Assembly (NCBI GenBank): GCA_052327205.1
Contig: CM126220.1
Location: forward strand, 11,098,001-11,162,000
Length of the DNA stretch: 64,000 bases
Direction: 5' to 3'
Source of the DNA: Somniosus microcephalus
Lineage: Eukaryota
The notes beneath the pieces are model-generated. The model searched no databases, had not been told where the DNA came from, and saw only the letters and a list, made by a program, of their open reading frames with translations. Below are positions 1-13,536 of the stretch, in pieces (within the stretch, counting starts at the first letter, position 1; the number at the start of each line of letters is the position of its first letter). The position numbers were made by a program, and so were the translations under genes.

Positions 1-72
1 TGAAACGTTAACTCTGTTTCTCTCTCCACGGATGCTGCCTGGCCTGCTGAGTATTTCCAGCATTTTCTGTTA
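1..72 (+). mobile_element. Penelope-like element terminal fragment (shark repeat tail), truncated by the window start
   Basis: TGAAACGTTAACTCTGTTTCTCTCTCCACGGATGCTGCCTG...CCAGCATTTTCTG; the same tail recurs at about 35590-35718(-), 48121-48296, 54733-54910 and 58040-58138. Confidence 0.6.
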
Positions 73-75
73 TTT

Positions 76-746
76 CACAAAGTTAACATGCCGGTACAGC
101 AAGCAATTGGGAAGGCAAAACGTCTATTGCAAAGGGGTTGGAGTATAAGAGTAAGGAAGTCTTGCTGCAATTATATAGGGCTTGGTGAGGCCGCACCTGG
201 AGCACTGTGCACAGTTTTGGTCTCCTTGCCTAAGGAAGGATATACTTGCCTTAGAGGGGATGCAACAAAGGTTCACGAGATTGATTCCTGGGATGAGAGA
301 GTTGTCCTATGAGGAGAGATTGAGCAGATTGGGCCAATACTCTCTGGAGTTTAGAAGAATGAGAGGTGATCTCATTGAAACGTATAAAATTCTTAGAGGG
401 CTTGGCGGGGTAGATGCTGAGAGGTTGTTTCCCCTGGCTGGAGAGTGTAGAACTAGGGGGGCATAGTCTCAGGATAAGGGGCCGGCCATTTTGGACTGAG
501 AGGAGGCGAAACCTCTTCACTCAGAGGATTGTGAATCTTTGTAATTCTCCACCCCAGAGGGCTGTGGAGGCTCAGCCGATGGGTGTGTTCAAGACCGAGA
601 TCGATAGATATTTGGGCACAAAGAGAACCAAGGGATAGGGCGGGAAAGTGGAGTTGATGTAGAAGTTCAGACATGAGCTTATTGAATGGTGGAGCAGGCT
701 CGATGGGCCATGTGGCCTACTCCTGCTCCTATTTCTTATGTCCTTA
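76..746 (+). mobile_element. CR1 LINE 3' fragment (RT C-terminus plus 3' UTR)
   Basis: ORF 182-466 VRPHLEHCAQFWSP...LEFRRMRGDLIETYKI is the typical CR1 RT end; frameshifted continuation; tail CTCCTGCTCCTATTTCTTATG. Confidence 0.9.
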
Positions 747-1451
747 AGACACCACTCTCATACTCCTAATGAAGCAGCATTGATGGTAGTTATGATAATG
801 TCAGAAGAGGACAGTGTGGATCGGGGACAAAATGGGGCAGTGCTGTTTATACTGACATGTTTGACTTGCTGTCAATTACAGAGATGGTTGTTGCCATAGG
901 CCATGTTGGTTCTGAAAGGGGCAAATCAGTAATATTACTACTCCTGTACTGTGAAATATCGCAGAAACAAATGCTTTACTCTTTTTTTTAAAAAGCTGGT
1001 TTTGAAGCCGTGGATCAGTATGGGATGCTGGTGCTCACAAAACTGATTCTCGTACTGTCAGGATAGAAATTGAGAGACTGTTTTGTGAGCAAATAATTAT
1101 CTTGTTTGCCTAGAGAGAGCAACTGTCTGACCTTGCCTGGTTTCCCCATTCTGAATTAATAGCAGATCAGGGCTGGGGGATAGGAGAATTTGGGCTAATC
1201 TACTACACACATTGCAGCCTGACCTCATTTTTCTGTTGATATATAGTCATGTTAAATATAATGGTCTCACTCAACTCTCGGAGACTTACTGATTTTTGTC
1301 TGGAGCACAGTGGAATTCATCGTATAATACCCTGCAAGCATTTTATTGAAAAAATATTTAATTCCACCGGAACCAGAGCAAAGAATTTTTTTTTACATCA
1401 GCTTCAATTCCTTTTCATTTGATTATAACTTGACATATGTTCAAACTAACA

Positions 1452-2310
1452 GTTGCATGCATTTATATAGCATCTTTAACAAGAACATACATTTATAACA
1501 CAGCAAAACATTTCAAAGGGCTCCACAGGTGTAGATTGGACCTAGACAGGGGGAAGGGTGAAGGTGGCCAAAGGCATGGTTGAAGGGGTGTGTTTTCAGG
1601 ATGTTTTTAAAGGGGAGAGTGCAAACAAGGCAGAGAATTCCAGAGTGTGAAAGCAAGATGGCCAACGGCTGTGCTATTCCTGGGAGAATGGAGGAAGGAG
1701 GATTGCACAATACAGCAGAGTCTGAATTGTGGAATATATAAGTGGGGACATAGGGTTTGTGGGGGAGTGGCGAGTTGGTTTGCAGAGTTGGGCATCATCA
1801 GCATACGTATAAAAGCTGGCCCCCGTGCTTACATTTATGTCACCAAGAAACAGCGTAAAGATGAATTAAGGATGGGGAGTAAGATTGAATCTTGGAGCAC
1901 ACAGATGACCACGAGAGGGTGAAAGGAAAGCCTATTGGTGAGTTGACTTCATTAGGACAGGTAGGAATGGAAGAGTATGTCAGGTCAAGAGTTGAAGGCC
2001 ACAAAAAAGGACAAGGAGGGTAGTGATTGAAAATGTTATTAATAATTTTGACCACGGTGGTCTCGGTGCTGAGTGTGTAAAGAAGCCCAAACGAAGGGAG
2101 TGATGGGAGAGGCAAGCATAGAGTTGGGTGGCAGCCATACACTTTGGAACCGAAGAGATGAAGAGGAGGCTGGACAGGTGCAGTAATTGGAGATGACAGT
2201 GGAATTGTGGTTGGGCTTTTTAAGAACGGAGCTGTTTGGAGTTTAGGAAGGAGGGGGGAAATGGTGTCCATAGGGGGATAACAGTTGACAATGTTGGTAA
2301 GAATTGAGCC
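1452..2310 (-). mobile_element. Highly decayed L2-like LINE fragment(s)
   Basis: Purine-rich + strand; reverse-strand remnants LWNSLP...LKTHPFNHAF and STETTVVKIINNI resemble L2 RT; L2-type tail TTGCATGCATTTATATAGCA. Confidence 0.55.
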
Positions 2311-4369
2311 AATGAGGATCTGTTTTATAACTTGGACTGAAATAGTGTGACTTCAAAGGATGAAGTTACTGTATTGTGGCTTCCAAAAACCTGAGGGTTT
2401 TTGTTTTCCTCTTTTAATAAAAAAGGACAGTTCCAATGGGTCCTCTGGGAATGTCTGAATAAATGAAAAGGGGGCCTGAGCTTGGGCAGCAAGCTAAAAC
2501 TCCGCCAACGCCATGAAGAAAACAACCAATTCAACGCTTGATGTGTTTTCTGTTAACACGAGAAATAATTCACCATAGATTGGGATTGATTGTTGTGAAA
2601 TAGGCAAAGGACAAAGTTAACCAAATCGTTTTAATATGAAAATCAAATGCAGGTACAGTAGTGCTTAACTCTATTTAATCTCAGTTAAATGTGATTGAAT
2701 GCAGCCAAAGAGCAGGGATTTGAGAGTATTAGCACATATATCAGTGCATCAGGGTCTTTAGGAAAGAACATAGCTGGTGTTCATTAATTCAATAGAAAAG
2801 TTCGTGAAGCGCCTTGAGATTAGGGATTTCAAAGGCTTTAGCCAAGGCTGTTAATAAATAAAATAAATATATACGGTCTGTTTGTGGAATACTGATAAGA
2901 AAATTCAAGGCTGAAGAAAATAGCTCTCTAGTTACTGTGCAATACAGCAAATAAAAACTATATATAAATAATTCATTGTGATATTATCTGTCTTTATCGA
3001 ACTGCAGTCTGAAACCAAGCATTTATACTTCACATTTTAGCAACTGAGGTGATGCCTGGTTTCATTTTAATGCTTCTTTTCCCTAAACATATTTCAGGAA
3101 GTTATGCATGACTGTATTTAATATATGCAAAAGACAAATAATTGTCAAACACATTTGCATTACAGCAACAATATTGTGTGTTCACCTAATGCTTAGTCAT
3201 TGAGTGTGTGCCTCTGGGAAACATTTCATAATTATTTCCACATCATAATCCTTTCAAATTTTACATATGGAAGATATACCTGTCAGTGTCGGCCTGTTTG
3301 AGAAAAATGCTTAAGTGTTCTCATTAAAAAGGAATGCCTCCTTTTTAGCCTTATGTGCATTGCCAATCAGATCTGGTGTTCGATTATGTAAATCTTTTTG
3401 TATCTGACCAGTAAAAATATTAGAATATCGAGTACTGTTCTGTAGTGCAAATGGAAGGCCAGTGAAGTTTGAGATCTTGCATATTTTGGCTTTTACATAA
3501 TGAAATGTTAATTGTTCTTTTTGTCTTGGAGCTCTTTGTTACATTTCAAATCAAGCACCACTCTAGTCAAAACTAGGTTTCCAGTAATATACTCACACTA
3601 AAGCTGAAAATAGTGCTTCTACGTTCTAATCTAATACTTGCACCAGTCCCCTAAAGCTCACTGTGGTCCATGTTGTCTTTTGTATTAAGGCCTACAAGTC
3701 TTGGTGCTGCATGCAGCATTCTTGCCCATTTATGTGCCGCATTCTCGCTCGCTCGCAATGTATTTTAGTAGATCTCTCATTGCATTGCTTAGAGCATTAT
3801 AACGTATGCACAGCGTATTCTACTGCTAAGAAGAAACTGTCCCTTTAAGGTTAACTGCTATTCAGCCTGCAGATCAGTATTCCAGTTTTCTTTGTGGAAA
3901 GGTCAGTTGAAGGTTTGTAGACATTGTAGCTCTGGTATTTTCGCTTCTTGGAGTTTGACTGCCAAAAGATGGAATAGATTAATTTTATATATAATATAAG
4001 CCTATAGGAAATGTGACGTTGACATAATGGGGAAGTGCACTCAGGTGCTCCTATATCCCTTCCCCTGATTTCCCCCCCACCCGTATATGATGTATAGAAA
4101 TATTAATATCACTCAGTGTACCCTGCACTGTCCCTGTGCTACAGTTTTGATTCCATGACTAACAAAAAGGCAGGCACAAATTGAGTGGGGGGTGGATTAG
4201 CACAGTGTCCTTTCACTTCTAGCTTAACCTAGCCAAGATGTAACCCACGAGAAACAAGTCTGGGCCATCTCAACCCAATTCCTAGCGCTTGTGGACACGC
4301 TGTTAAAATTGCCCTAATACAGGACAATATTGGTAGTCTCACTTGGGCTACAGGGAACAGAAAAATCAC

Positions 4370-4700
4370 ATGTTCAGTCCCCAGTCTGTGCTGAGTTAAT
4401 TGATCTGAGCCAGGGCAGTAGCAAGGGTACTCAGAGAATCATAGAAATTTACGGCACAGAAGGAGGCCATTCGGCCCATCGTATATTATAATTGACCTCA
4501 ATACCCTTGGCTGGGGAAGGGATAAATTAGCTCGAGTTCCCACTCCAGGGAGCTACCCAGAGACTCCTGTTGGAAAATGCACATATAGACACCAGATGAG
4601 AACAGGTGCATACTTGACTGTGATGCCTCAATAGTCAAATATCCTGCTAACATTTACTACCAAGGCAAGGGGCCACTTGAACAAGGTACCAGAAGGCTCC
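4370..4700 (+). mobile_element. Old tRNA-derived SINE-like repeat, interrupted by a short CR1 tail (about 4435-4482, minus strand)
   Basis: TCTGTGCTGAGTTAATTGATCTGAGCC...CACCAGATGAGAACAGG is similar to 51915-52310; the inserted AGAATCATAGAAATTTACGGCACAGAAGGAGGCCATTCGGCCCATCG is a reverse-complemented CR1 3' end. Confidence 0.55.
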
Positions 4701-5069
4701 TGGAGGCTGCGGCACCATAGCCCAACCACAGTTGGAGCCTTCAGGAGCGAATTGGTGGTACGTCGTCAAAGACGCATTGTAAGAAAAACTATTATTTTCC
4801 ACTGTGTACTTTTGTATTTCGAAGCACACTTTGTTTTGAATTGTTTTTATTTTGTGCGACTTCCAGTATGTATGGGGCCATCATATAGTTATGTGAATGA
4901 GAGAGTCTGTTTGAAATTCTCTTACCTTTCAGACCATTGTTATCCAAAAAATTGGTTCACCCCACTCTTCCATGCTTTGAAGAATTTGGACTTCTCTTTA
5001 AAGAAATGACTTAATGTGAAGTATATTGTGCACTTTGTGATACAAGGAGGCTTATTGTTTAAAGGTATT

Positions 5070-5829
5070 GGCCCAGAAATTCGGGTCGGGGGCTTCCCGC
5101 GGGTGCAAGCCTCCGACCTGCACTTACCTAGCGCGCCGGCCGTTGAGCTGTGGGCCCGCGTGGGATTCCGATCCTGGGCCTGCTCCAACTGCTGGCGCGC
5201 AGTGCTTGCATATCCCAGGGGCGCAGTTAGTTCGATGCGTCCCCTGGGATCTCGTGGGCCATGGAGAGCCAATGGTAGCAGGGACTGCTTCATTCATAAG
5301 TTTGACAGGAAGACCTGTCAAACTTACAAATACTATAAGCCCCAAAACATCACTAAATCTTCAAATACATTTTTTTTAAATCACATTTTTTAAATAAACT
5401 ATAAATTACATGAAATAACTATTTTAAATAATTTAAATTTTTGAAAAAAGTAATTTTATTTTCTAACTGGGCTAAAAATAAACTTACCTTTCTTTAAAGT
5501 ATTTAAAAATAATAAACCTGTGGAAAAAATGTTTTAATTTTAATTAATTCACCACTTACCTTGTAAAAAGCAGGCCTTGCGACTGCTTTTTACATGTCTA
5601 ACTTCTGGAGACTTACCCTCCCAGGAAAATCTGCAAAAAAAACGTAAATTCAATGCACACGCGCTGCCTCTCCTGCGCACGCGTTCGACCTCTGAACCCC
5701 TCCTTTCAGGGGAACAGAAGTGCCGGTTTCCCGCGCATGCGCAGTGCATGCAGGAAACCGGCACTTCCATTGGGCTTACGGGTGAGTACCCCGTGCGTAC
5801 TCACCCGTGGAGCCCCGAATTTCTGGGCC
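5070..5829. mobile_element. Non-autonomous DNA transposon with perfect 16-bp terminal inverted repeats
   Basis: GGCCCAGAAATTCGGG (5070-5085) and CCCGAATTTCTGGGCC (5814-5829); GC-rich arms around an AT-rich core; no transposase ORF. Confidence 0.8.
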
Positions 5830-5855
5830 TATATCTTCATAATAGTCTGTACAAG

Positions 5856-5994
5856 CAATATTCCCATTAAGCTGCGCGGGCCGCTCACCGGCTTTTAAAT
5901 GGGGGGGAAAAAAAGCGCATGCACGATAATTTCAATGGGCCGTGCAGCCCATTAAACGGGCCACGCACCCAAAAGAAAATTAAAGGGAACATTG
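5856..5994. mobile_element. hAT-type MITE (CAATGTTCCC family), copy 1
   Basis: TIRs CAATATTCCC...GGGAACATTG; 8-bp TSD TGTACAAG at 5848-5855 and 5995-6002. Confidence 0.9.
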
Positions 5995-6344
5995 TGTACA
6001 AGTAAATAATCCTGACTGATCCACCATAGTTTCTGCAGTATTTCATTAGTAACTTCTTCTATCCTTCCACCAGGCCTCCCCCAAAGATGTAATATATTTT
6101 GGAAAACTACTGGATTTCCTGCTGTGTTGCTCAGTGAGCTAAGAGGGAGGGCAGGCTAACACTGCTAACCAGCACCACGGCCTGGACACGAGAGAGAGAG
6201 AGGCCCTGTGCTGAGGCAAGGGGAGGACCAAAGCATTGCAAAATGTCTAGGGACAAACTTTAAACAAGAACACTTCAGAAACCTTAATGCTCTCCAAAAA
6301 AAGCGCATCTAAGCATGAAAAACTGCAATAATGTTAACAGATAA

Positions 6345-6580
6345 ATCAAAAGATCCAGACGGGAGATGAGAAGATTTTTTTTTACGCAGCGAGTTGTTAT
6401 GATCTGGAATGCACTGCCAGAAAGGGTGGTGGCAGATTCAAAGTAACTTTCAAAAGGGAATTGGATAAATACTTGAAAAATTTGCAGAAAGAGCATGGGG
6501 AGTGGGACTAATTGGATAACTCTTTCAAAAAATCGGCACAGGTGCAATGGGCCGAATGGTCTCCTTCTGTGCTGTAAGAT
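6345..6580 (+). mobile_element. CR1 LINE 3' end
   Basis: TTTTTTACGCAGCGAGTTGTTATGATCTGGAATGCACTGCC...ATGGGCCGAATGGTCTCCTTCTGTGCTGTAA. Confidence 0.85.
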
Positions 6581-6599
6581 GCAGAATAGAGTAATACTT

Positions 6600-6915
6600 A
6601 GCCATAGAGTCATAACGGCACAGAAGGAGGCCATTCGGCCCATCGAGTCCATGCTGGCTCTCTGTAGAGCAATTCAGTCAGCCCCATTACCCCGCTCTAT
6701 CCCTGTAGCCTTACAAATCCAGCTTCTCCAACCTGTCCTTGAAGCTAAGATACCCCATCCCTGGAACCATTCTGGTAAATCTCCTCTGCACCCTCTCGAG
6801 GGCTTTCACATCCTTCCTAAAGTGTGGTGACCTGAACTGGACGCAATACTCCAGTGGTTTAGCGTAACTTCTCTACTTTTGTACTCAATACTTTTATTTA
6901 TGAAGCCCAAGATCC
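6600..6915 (-). mobile_element. CR1 LINE 3' fragment in opposite orientation (tail-to-tail with the previous copy)
   Basis: CATAACGGCACAGAAGGAGGCCATTCGGCCCATCG start; later TGGTGACCTGAACTGGACGCAATACTCCAG is the reverse complement of LEYCVQF. Confidence 0.8.
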
Positions 6916-7522
6916 TTGTCTCTTGGAAACACAGTGATTGGCATCACCCAGTTGCTGGAAGAGCTAAGACAGGCAGATCTCTTCAGTCTGGAAAAGAGAT
7001 CCCATCACATCACCTCAGCGTCCTGCCATAAAATGCACGCCAGGGGAAAAAATCCAATAAAAACTGTGTACGCACGCGCTACACGGTCTTAACATAAGCG
7101 GGAAATCGTTAGGCAGCAGGACCTGAATAACCCAATCTAAAAAAGGAATCAAACTTGACATTTTTAATAATATAGATTAGAGATTCTAATCTACAATGTC
7201 TACTCTGTAGAAAACTGACCACGCTCCACATCAGACCTGACTTACTTCACTTCAGTCCTTAGTGACCTTTACATCCAGACAAAATGCCGTGCCCTTTTTA
7301 ACACTAGCTTATTTGGAAAGTGTTTAAAACCAATGGAGCTTAATCTTGTGTTACAGTGGAAATGTATGCAAGCTTTTGTTGAAAGCACCTTTTTCATGAT
7401 GTGCTGTAGATGCAGTAGCACTGGTTTAAAATGAAAAGGATTGAGAGAAGAGAGCAGCACATTTATTACTGGAATGCGGCAGCTAAAGCCAAGGATACAA
7501 CTTAAATATGGTAATGGTGTAA

Positions 7523-8265
7523 TAATAACTTGTATTTATATAGCGCCTTTAACGTAGTAAAACATCCCAAGGCGCTTCACAGGAGCGTTATCAAACAAAA
7601 TTTGACACCGAGTCACATAAGGAGATATTTGGGCAGAAAGAGGTAGGTTTTAAGGAGCGTCTTAAGGAGGAAAGAGAGGTAGAGAGGCGGAGAGGTTTAG
7701 GGAGGGAATTCCAGAGCTGAGGGTCCAGGCAACAGAAGGCACGGTCGCCAATGGTGGAGCAATTAAAATTGAAGATATTGAAGAGGCCAGAATTAGAGGA
7801 ACACAGAGATCTCAGAGGGTCGTAGGGCTGGAGGAGATTAGAGATAGGGAGGGGCAGGAGGTCATGGAGGGATTTGAAAACAAGGATGAGAATTTTAAAA
7901 TCGGTGTGTTGCTTATCCAGGAGCCAATATAGGTCAGCGAGCACAGGGGTGATGGGTGAACGGGTCTTGGGACACGGGCAGCAGAGTTTTGGATGACCTC
8001 AAGTTTACGACCAGAAGCGCGTTGGAATAGTTAAGCTTCGAGGTAACAAAGACATGGCTGAGGGTTTCAGCAGCAATTGAGCTGAAGTAGGAGCAGAGTT
8101 GGGCGATGTTCCGGGGGTGGAAATAGGCGGTCTTGGTGATGGCGCGGACATGTCGTCAGAAGCTCATCTTGGGGTCAAATATGACACCAAGTTTGAGAAC
8201 AGTCTGGCTCAGCCTCAGGCAGTTGACAGAGAGAGGGATGGAGTCAGTGGCTAGGGAACGGAGTA
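7523..8265 (-). mobile_element. L2 LINE 3' fragment
   Basis: ORF 7591-7944(-) LADLYWL...FKILILVFKSLH...IGDRAFC...LWNSLP is the L2 RT C-terminus; tail GGCGCTATATAAATACAAG on the minus strand. Confidence 0.9.
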
Positions 8266-11200
8266 AATAAAAATGCTGGTATACTGAAGTGCTGCAGGTG
8301 TGTGGTTATTAACTGGGCACCAAATCATTCCCATAAGAGTGTAAAATGTGTGTGCAGATACAGGCGTAGCTTTCAAAAGTATTCCTGTCATTAAGGTTTT
8401 CTGAACATGCTGGAGGGCTCTGCCCCTCAACTATTCCTAAATGAATCCAGTGCAGTTAAAAATGGGTGTGCATTGTGATGCAGTGAATGCCTTTGATGGC
8501 AATGCCCTAATATTCTGTGAGTAATGAAAAGATGGAGTGGTGTCAAGCTGTGTAAACCAGGAGCATCACTGGTTGAGTCCATGCTGTCGCTGTGGGGGAG
8601 GGGCAGTACAGTTTGCCTCTGCATCTTGGTCCTAAGGAGGGGAAAAATGAGCTAGTGTCCATGCTCCTGATAACTATCCAGTGACTTCTGCCAGACATTG
8701 GATGATGGGGTCTGGATTGTGATGGTCCCAGTTGTGGAATAGCCCACTACCCTCGCTCTCTGGATACTCGCATGAAAATGGTCAGTTGGGTGAAGTATCA
8801 CCTGAGCCACCGGCTCCCAGTCCATATCCCTGGCATGAGTTTCTGCTTTCAAGAAAGTTAACGTGAGGGGAAATTGGCATAAGAATTGCAAGTGTAAAGA
8901 GAGCAGCATCATAGAGGGTTAACATGGAGGGAGATGCATATCTTGGTTATTTGTCCAAATCTATTTTCTACAAGGTAAAAATGCTAATAAGCTAAAATTG
9001 TATGTAGTGCATTTGAGAAGTCTGGGCACACCACCACAAGTTTTGCTGAGTGACTAATGCTCCAAAGGTTTTGACTAAGATCAAAGGAAGAGGAGGCCTC
9101 AAGTCTCGTGTGACCTTCAATTTTTGTATTTTAAATGACAAGTTAGGAGCTCTTTTTCTCAAATATATTGAGACTATTTTGCTGTTTAAAGATGTTGAAG
9201 ATAAATCATAAAAGCCTGTATGGAGACCCACCGATTTAGTTTTAATTCCATAGATGTGCAAGTTCTCCAAAAGCTGGGGACGGTTGCAGCAGTTTGAGGA
9301 TGTGTTGGGCAGAAGTTGCTGAAGACTGTGCATTGTCAGCATGTCAGATATCCATTCGGCTAATCAGAACCTCATCAAGGAGATTACAATTGCTTTTATC
9401 CTGGATTTAGTGGCACTGGCTCCTGACACATGGGTCTCGAACAACTGGAGACAACCCCTAAGTAAACTCTGCAGATTTGCTAAAACCGGCAATCAAGAAA
9501 ACACACTTTTTATTTTTTTAAAAAGTCGGCCTGGCTGTTCGGCCTTGGTGAATTCACCAACTTTGGTTTGCCTGCAGCTGTGTGCGACCCGTGTGTCGGG
9601 AACCGGCAACACTAGCATGCCATTAAACCAAAGCAGCTTTAATTAAGCCTACAGGCCACCTTTTTAAGACATCTGATTATAGGATCTCTTTACTAGTGTC
9701 ATCTAATGCCGTTCATGTTAATGGTAAAACGTTGCTAAAATAAGAATGTTTCGCCTTTACTTGAAAGCTCTTGCTGACTAGCTTTGTCAATCAAATAAGT
9801 TCTTCAACATATTGTAGTTTTTTCTCCCCTGTAACAGTAAAATAATGTAAAGCCTTTGTAAATGAAATAAAATGTCAAAGGGATCATTTCTACAAGAGGT
9901 TTGTTCAAAGATTTTTTTTTAAAAGTAGTCAGATATTGATATAGTGAGCAGACGGTAGATTCAAGGACTTTTAAGTACACATTGAGCTCGGCCTCCTACA
10001 TTAGATACAACAGCAGACAGAATAATGTGCTGTTTATTTTGTGGCAGGTGCATTCGAAGGAAAATATGCTCTAATATTATATTTAATGGCAAGTGAACAT
10101 CTGTGTCTTCCCACAATTGTTTACAAACGCTTTTGCGCTCAAACCGTCAATAGTTGAATTTATTTATCGCTCCGCAAATGAAAAGTAAAATGTCTTCATG
10201 CCATCAGGGCAGCACATGTCACGTTTCTTATGGTCCTTCAGTTAAGCCAATACTTTGGTTCCTTAGATGCTTGCTTCCTTGCACACTCCCCCTATTTGCC
10301 ACTGTCACTACAGCATTACTCTGATTTGGTTCCAAATCCATTTTGACAGCTTATAGAATGGGTTGTTTATAGAGAAGGAAACCAGATGTGACAGTCCTCA
10401 GTGGCGAAATCCAGTTGCCTGCAGCCTGAAGGTTGGAAGATGAACTGATCCTGATTTGTTTCACGGCTCGGGCCCTCTCCAGTTAATTGGCTGCCAATAG
10501 CTTTCCTAATGAATGATGATGGATGGAATGCAGGTTGCCTGAGCAGGGCACTTAGAGCAATGAAAGCATCATACGTGCAGATATCACCTGCAGACAGCCG
10601 CAGTGGTAGCAAAGAAGGCAGCGATCGATGTCTGTGCTCTCTCTTTCTTCCCTTTAGAGCCCCTTCAGAGGCAGTGTAGGATAGCATTGCTTGTTTTGGC
10701 AAACTGACACAAACTGCTTTGATATGTTACCTGTTGCTGGCCAGAGAGTGTACATCTTCAGCGGGCCGTAAAAAACGGGACAATGTGTGACACGTAATTT
10801 ATTGAGTCGGTCGATGAGCATCTATTTGATCCAGCCTAAGCAACAGCTTCTATAAACCCATCTCCCTGCAGAATTTGCCCATTGAAGTGAGGAGGAATAG
10901 AGGTTTGCTTATCTTTATTCTTCCTACAGCGCTGGAACAAATCTATCTGCCTCTGCTTCAAAGCATAGTACTCAGGTAAATGATTTCTAAAATGACTGGA
11001 TTTTTTTATGGTGAAGTTTTTCAAATCCAGATTCCATCAACTCATATTTATAGAGACCAGCTACATATATTCAAGTAAAAAGTTTAAACAATATGAACTT
11101 AATGTGTTGTACATCAGTTTGTTATCAATTTCTAGAATAAGCATAATTTAGCGCAAGATCATTGTGAAATAAAATCATTTCAATTATAGTCTTTAGAAAT

Positions 11201-13280
11201 TCAAGCAGCTTCATAAGAATACAGCAGTAACTATAATTTGATTACAGTAAGATGCAAGGAATTAATTTAGAAGTCTTTGTGATGAAGTAACTGGTTTTGT
11301 TCTATGTTTCTTTTATGGTTTTGTTCATAGTGGATGTTCATACTGCAAACAAGCAGTGTAGTGATCAGAGAGAGCAGGCATGGACATTAGAAATTGTAGG
11401 TTTTGTCTTGGTAACAGGAAGAGATTGCTGTGCTTCATCCTTTTCCATTTTGATTGCTTTCACCAGAAAAGCTACTCAGAAGGTGCTGTCATTGATTGAT
11501 AGAACAAGATTAGCCAGTTGCAAGCAAATGCTTGGATCTTGTTTCAGATTGTATTTTACTCATTAATGTTGTATTGTAGTTCTAGTTGGACTGTTAAACA
11601 TCAGCATTGCCAGTTTCTTAGGAATGTGTTTTTACATCCATCAAGTTGAATTGCTGCCCAGCCACACTGGCTGGAGGAAAACAATCAACTGGAACCTGCA
11701 CGTAATTATTGCAATGAATATTATAAATAGTAGTAGTTTAAAGATTAATATAACATTATATCTCATAACAATTTCACAGTTGGTCAACTTAAACCACCTG
11801 GCCTGAAATGTGGCTGAAAGCTGGTCAGCTATTTCTGATCTTAATCATGGAACCAGTTTTCAGTGTGTCAAACAAACCTCTCTGAACACCTATCTCCGAG
11901 CATCACTCTGCATATATGACTGGAAAATGGATTAAAGAATGAATCCCATTCAACCATGCTAGTATATCAAGGAGTGACTCGCCAAAAAGTATATGTAGTT
12001 AGTTGAGAACAAATGGTATCTTCATGATGGTGGCATGTCATAAGGGCTTTGTAAACAAAGTTGTGTTTCGTAATGAAGTTCATATAAAATTGAAAGCAAC
12101 TTTAAGATTCGATTGAATAGTAGCAGTGAACTTTTATATTTACTGTCTCACCATAATAAAGAAAGCGGAAAGACTGCTGGACATGACCATTGCTCATCCT
12201 TCAGCTGTCCATTCTTGCCTCACTTTTTGCAAGGCTGCCTGTATACAAAACCATTAATGCTTAATTTGCTAATATCACACGCAAACTACATTGTGAATTC
12301 AGTATACACTGAGCAAATATTGTGCAGTGGAGATACAGGCATTTGGGAACTAGTGATAACATGGTGTTACACATTTAGGATTACGGTTTATGTATTTTGG
12401 AACATTAAATAGATCTGGTGCATTTAATAAAACTGGTTGCTTCAATGTTTAAGAGCCCTAATGTCGTCAATGGACTTTGTGGTACCTGCAGGTACAGTAT
12501 ATACAGTAATTGCATGCCACAATAATACTCTAAGGGCACAACTATCGATCTAATGGTTTGGTTTCTGCATTAGGGAGCTGTGTGCATGCATTAATTGGAA
12601 TGATTAATAACTTGCTGTTTAGGGAATGGGAAAGGAAAATCAATGCTTCTGCTTCAGAATGGGAAATGTGTACTGTTGCCTCGCATTCATTTCCGACCCT
12701 ATTATCCTGCCACTTTGGTACAGTTTAAGTATAAACTGTTTTCTTGAGCTACAATTTAGTTAAGTACCACAATAAATTACAGTAGAAGTTTGTGTTGTTT
12801 TCATAACCATCAGGATTTGGCAAGCTACATCGGATGCAGTCAAATATTTTGAAAGGAATACTTCAAATTCAAATGCCCAAGAAGGTTAAGGACAAGACTC
12901 TTTGTCTAAAATCTTGTCTGAAATCAGTTAATCCGACTATGTCCATTGCGAGACAGGCTTCATAATTTCAGAGCATTAATCAATACTTTTCAGTCAGAAA
13001 AATTTCTAATCAGAGCTCTCTTTTATTGCCACTCACTGGGGAAATGTGGGCTGAATCGTACAATGCTCTGTTTCCGATGGATTGCGAGTGAGATGTTTCA
13101 TAGTCCTGTGTTAATATTTCATAGGAGTGGACCTCTGTAATGCATTTTTTTAATGTTTCCAGCATTCACTTTGCACATTCATGTCGATACATAAAGCAAT
13201 CTGGTACTGTTCCTAATAAACAGTTGAATGTGTATCAGTAGACAAAATTCAAAACTGAGCAGAGCATTATTTTCCTTGTT

Positions 13281-13536
13281 CCCACTCCAGGGACTTGAGC
13301 ACACTGTTTTGAAGTTATCCCCAGTGTCCTGTCCAATATTTATCCCGCAATCCACATCACTAAAACAGATTATCTGGTCATTATCACATTGCTGTTTGTG
13401 GGAGCTTGCTGTGCACAAATTGGCTGCCGCGTTTCCTACATTACAACAGTGACTACACTTCAAAAAATACCTTATTGGCTGTAAGTGCTTTGGGATGTCT
13501 GGTGGTCGTGAAAGGCACTATATAAATGCAAGTCTG
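13281..13536 (+). mobile_element. SacSINE1/DeuSINE-like SINE, internally deleted
   Basis: CCCACTCCAGGGACTTGAGCAC joined to GTTATCCCCAGTGTCCTGTCCAATATTTATCCC and the L2-type tail GAAAGGCACTATATAAATGCAAGTC; matches 25243-25698. Confidence 0.85.

Noticed and set aside
6074-6088. Possible 15-nt microexon after ccttccaccag
   Set aside because: Weak donor (GAT|gtaata) and no similarity to family sequences.
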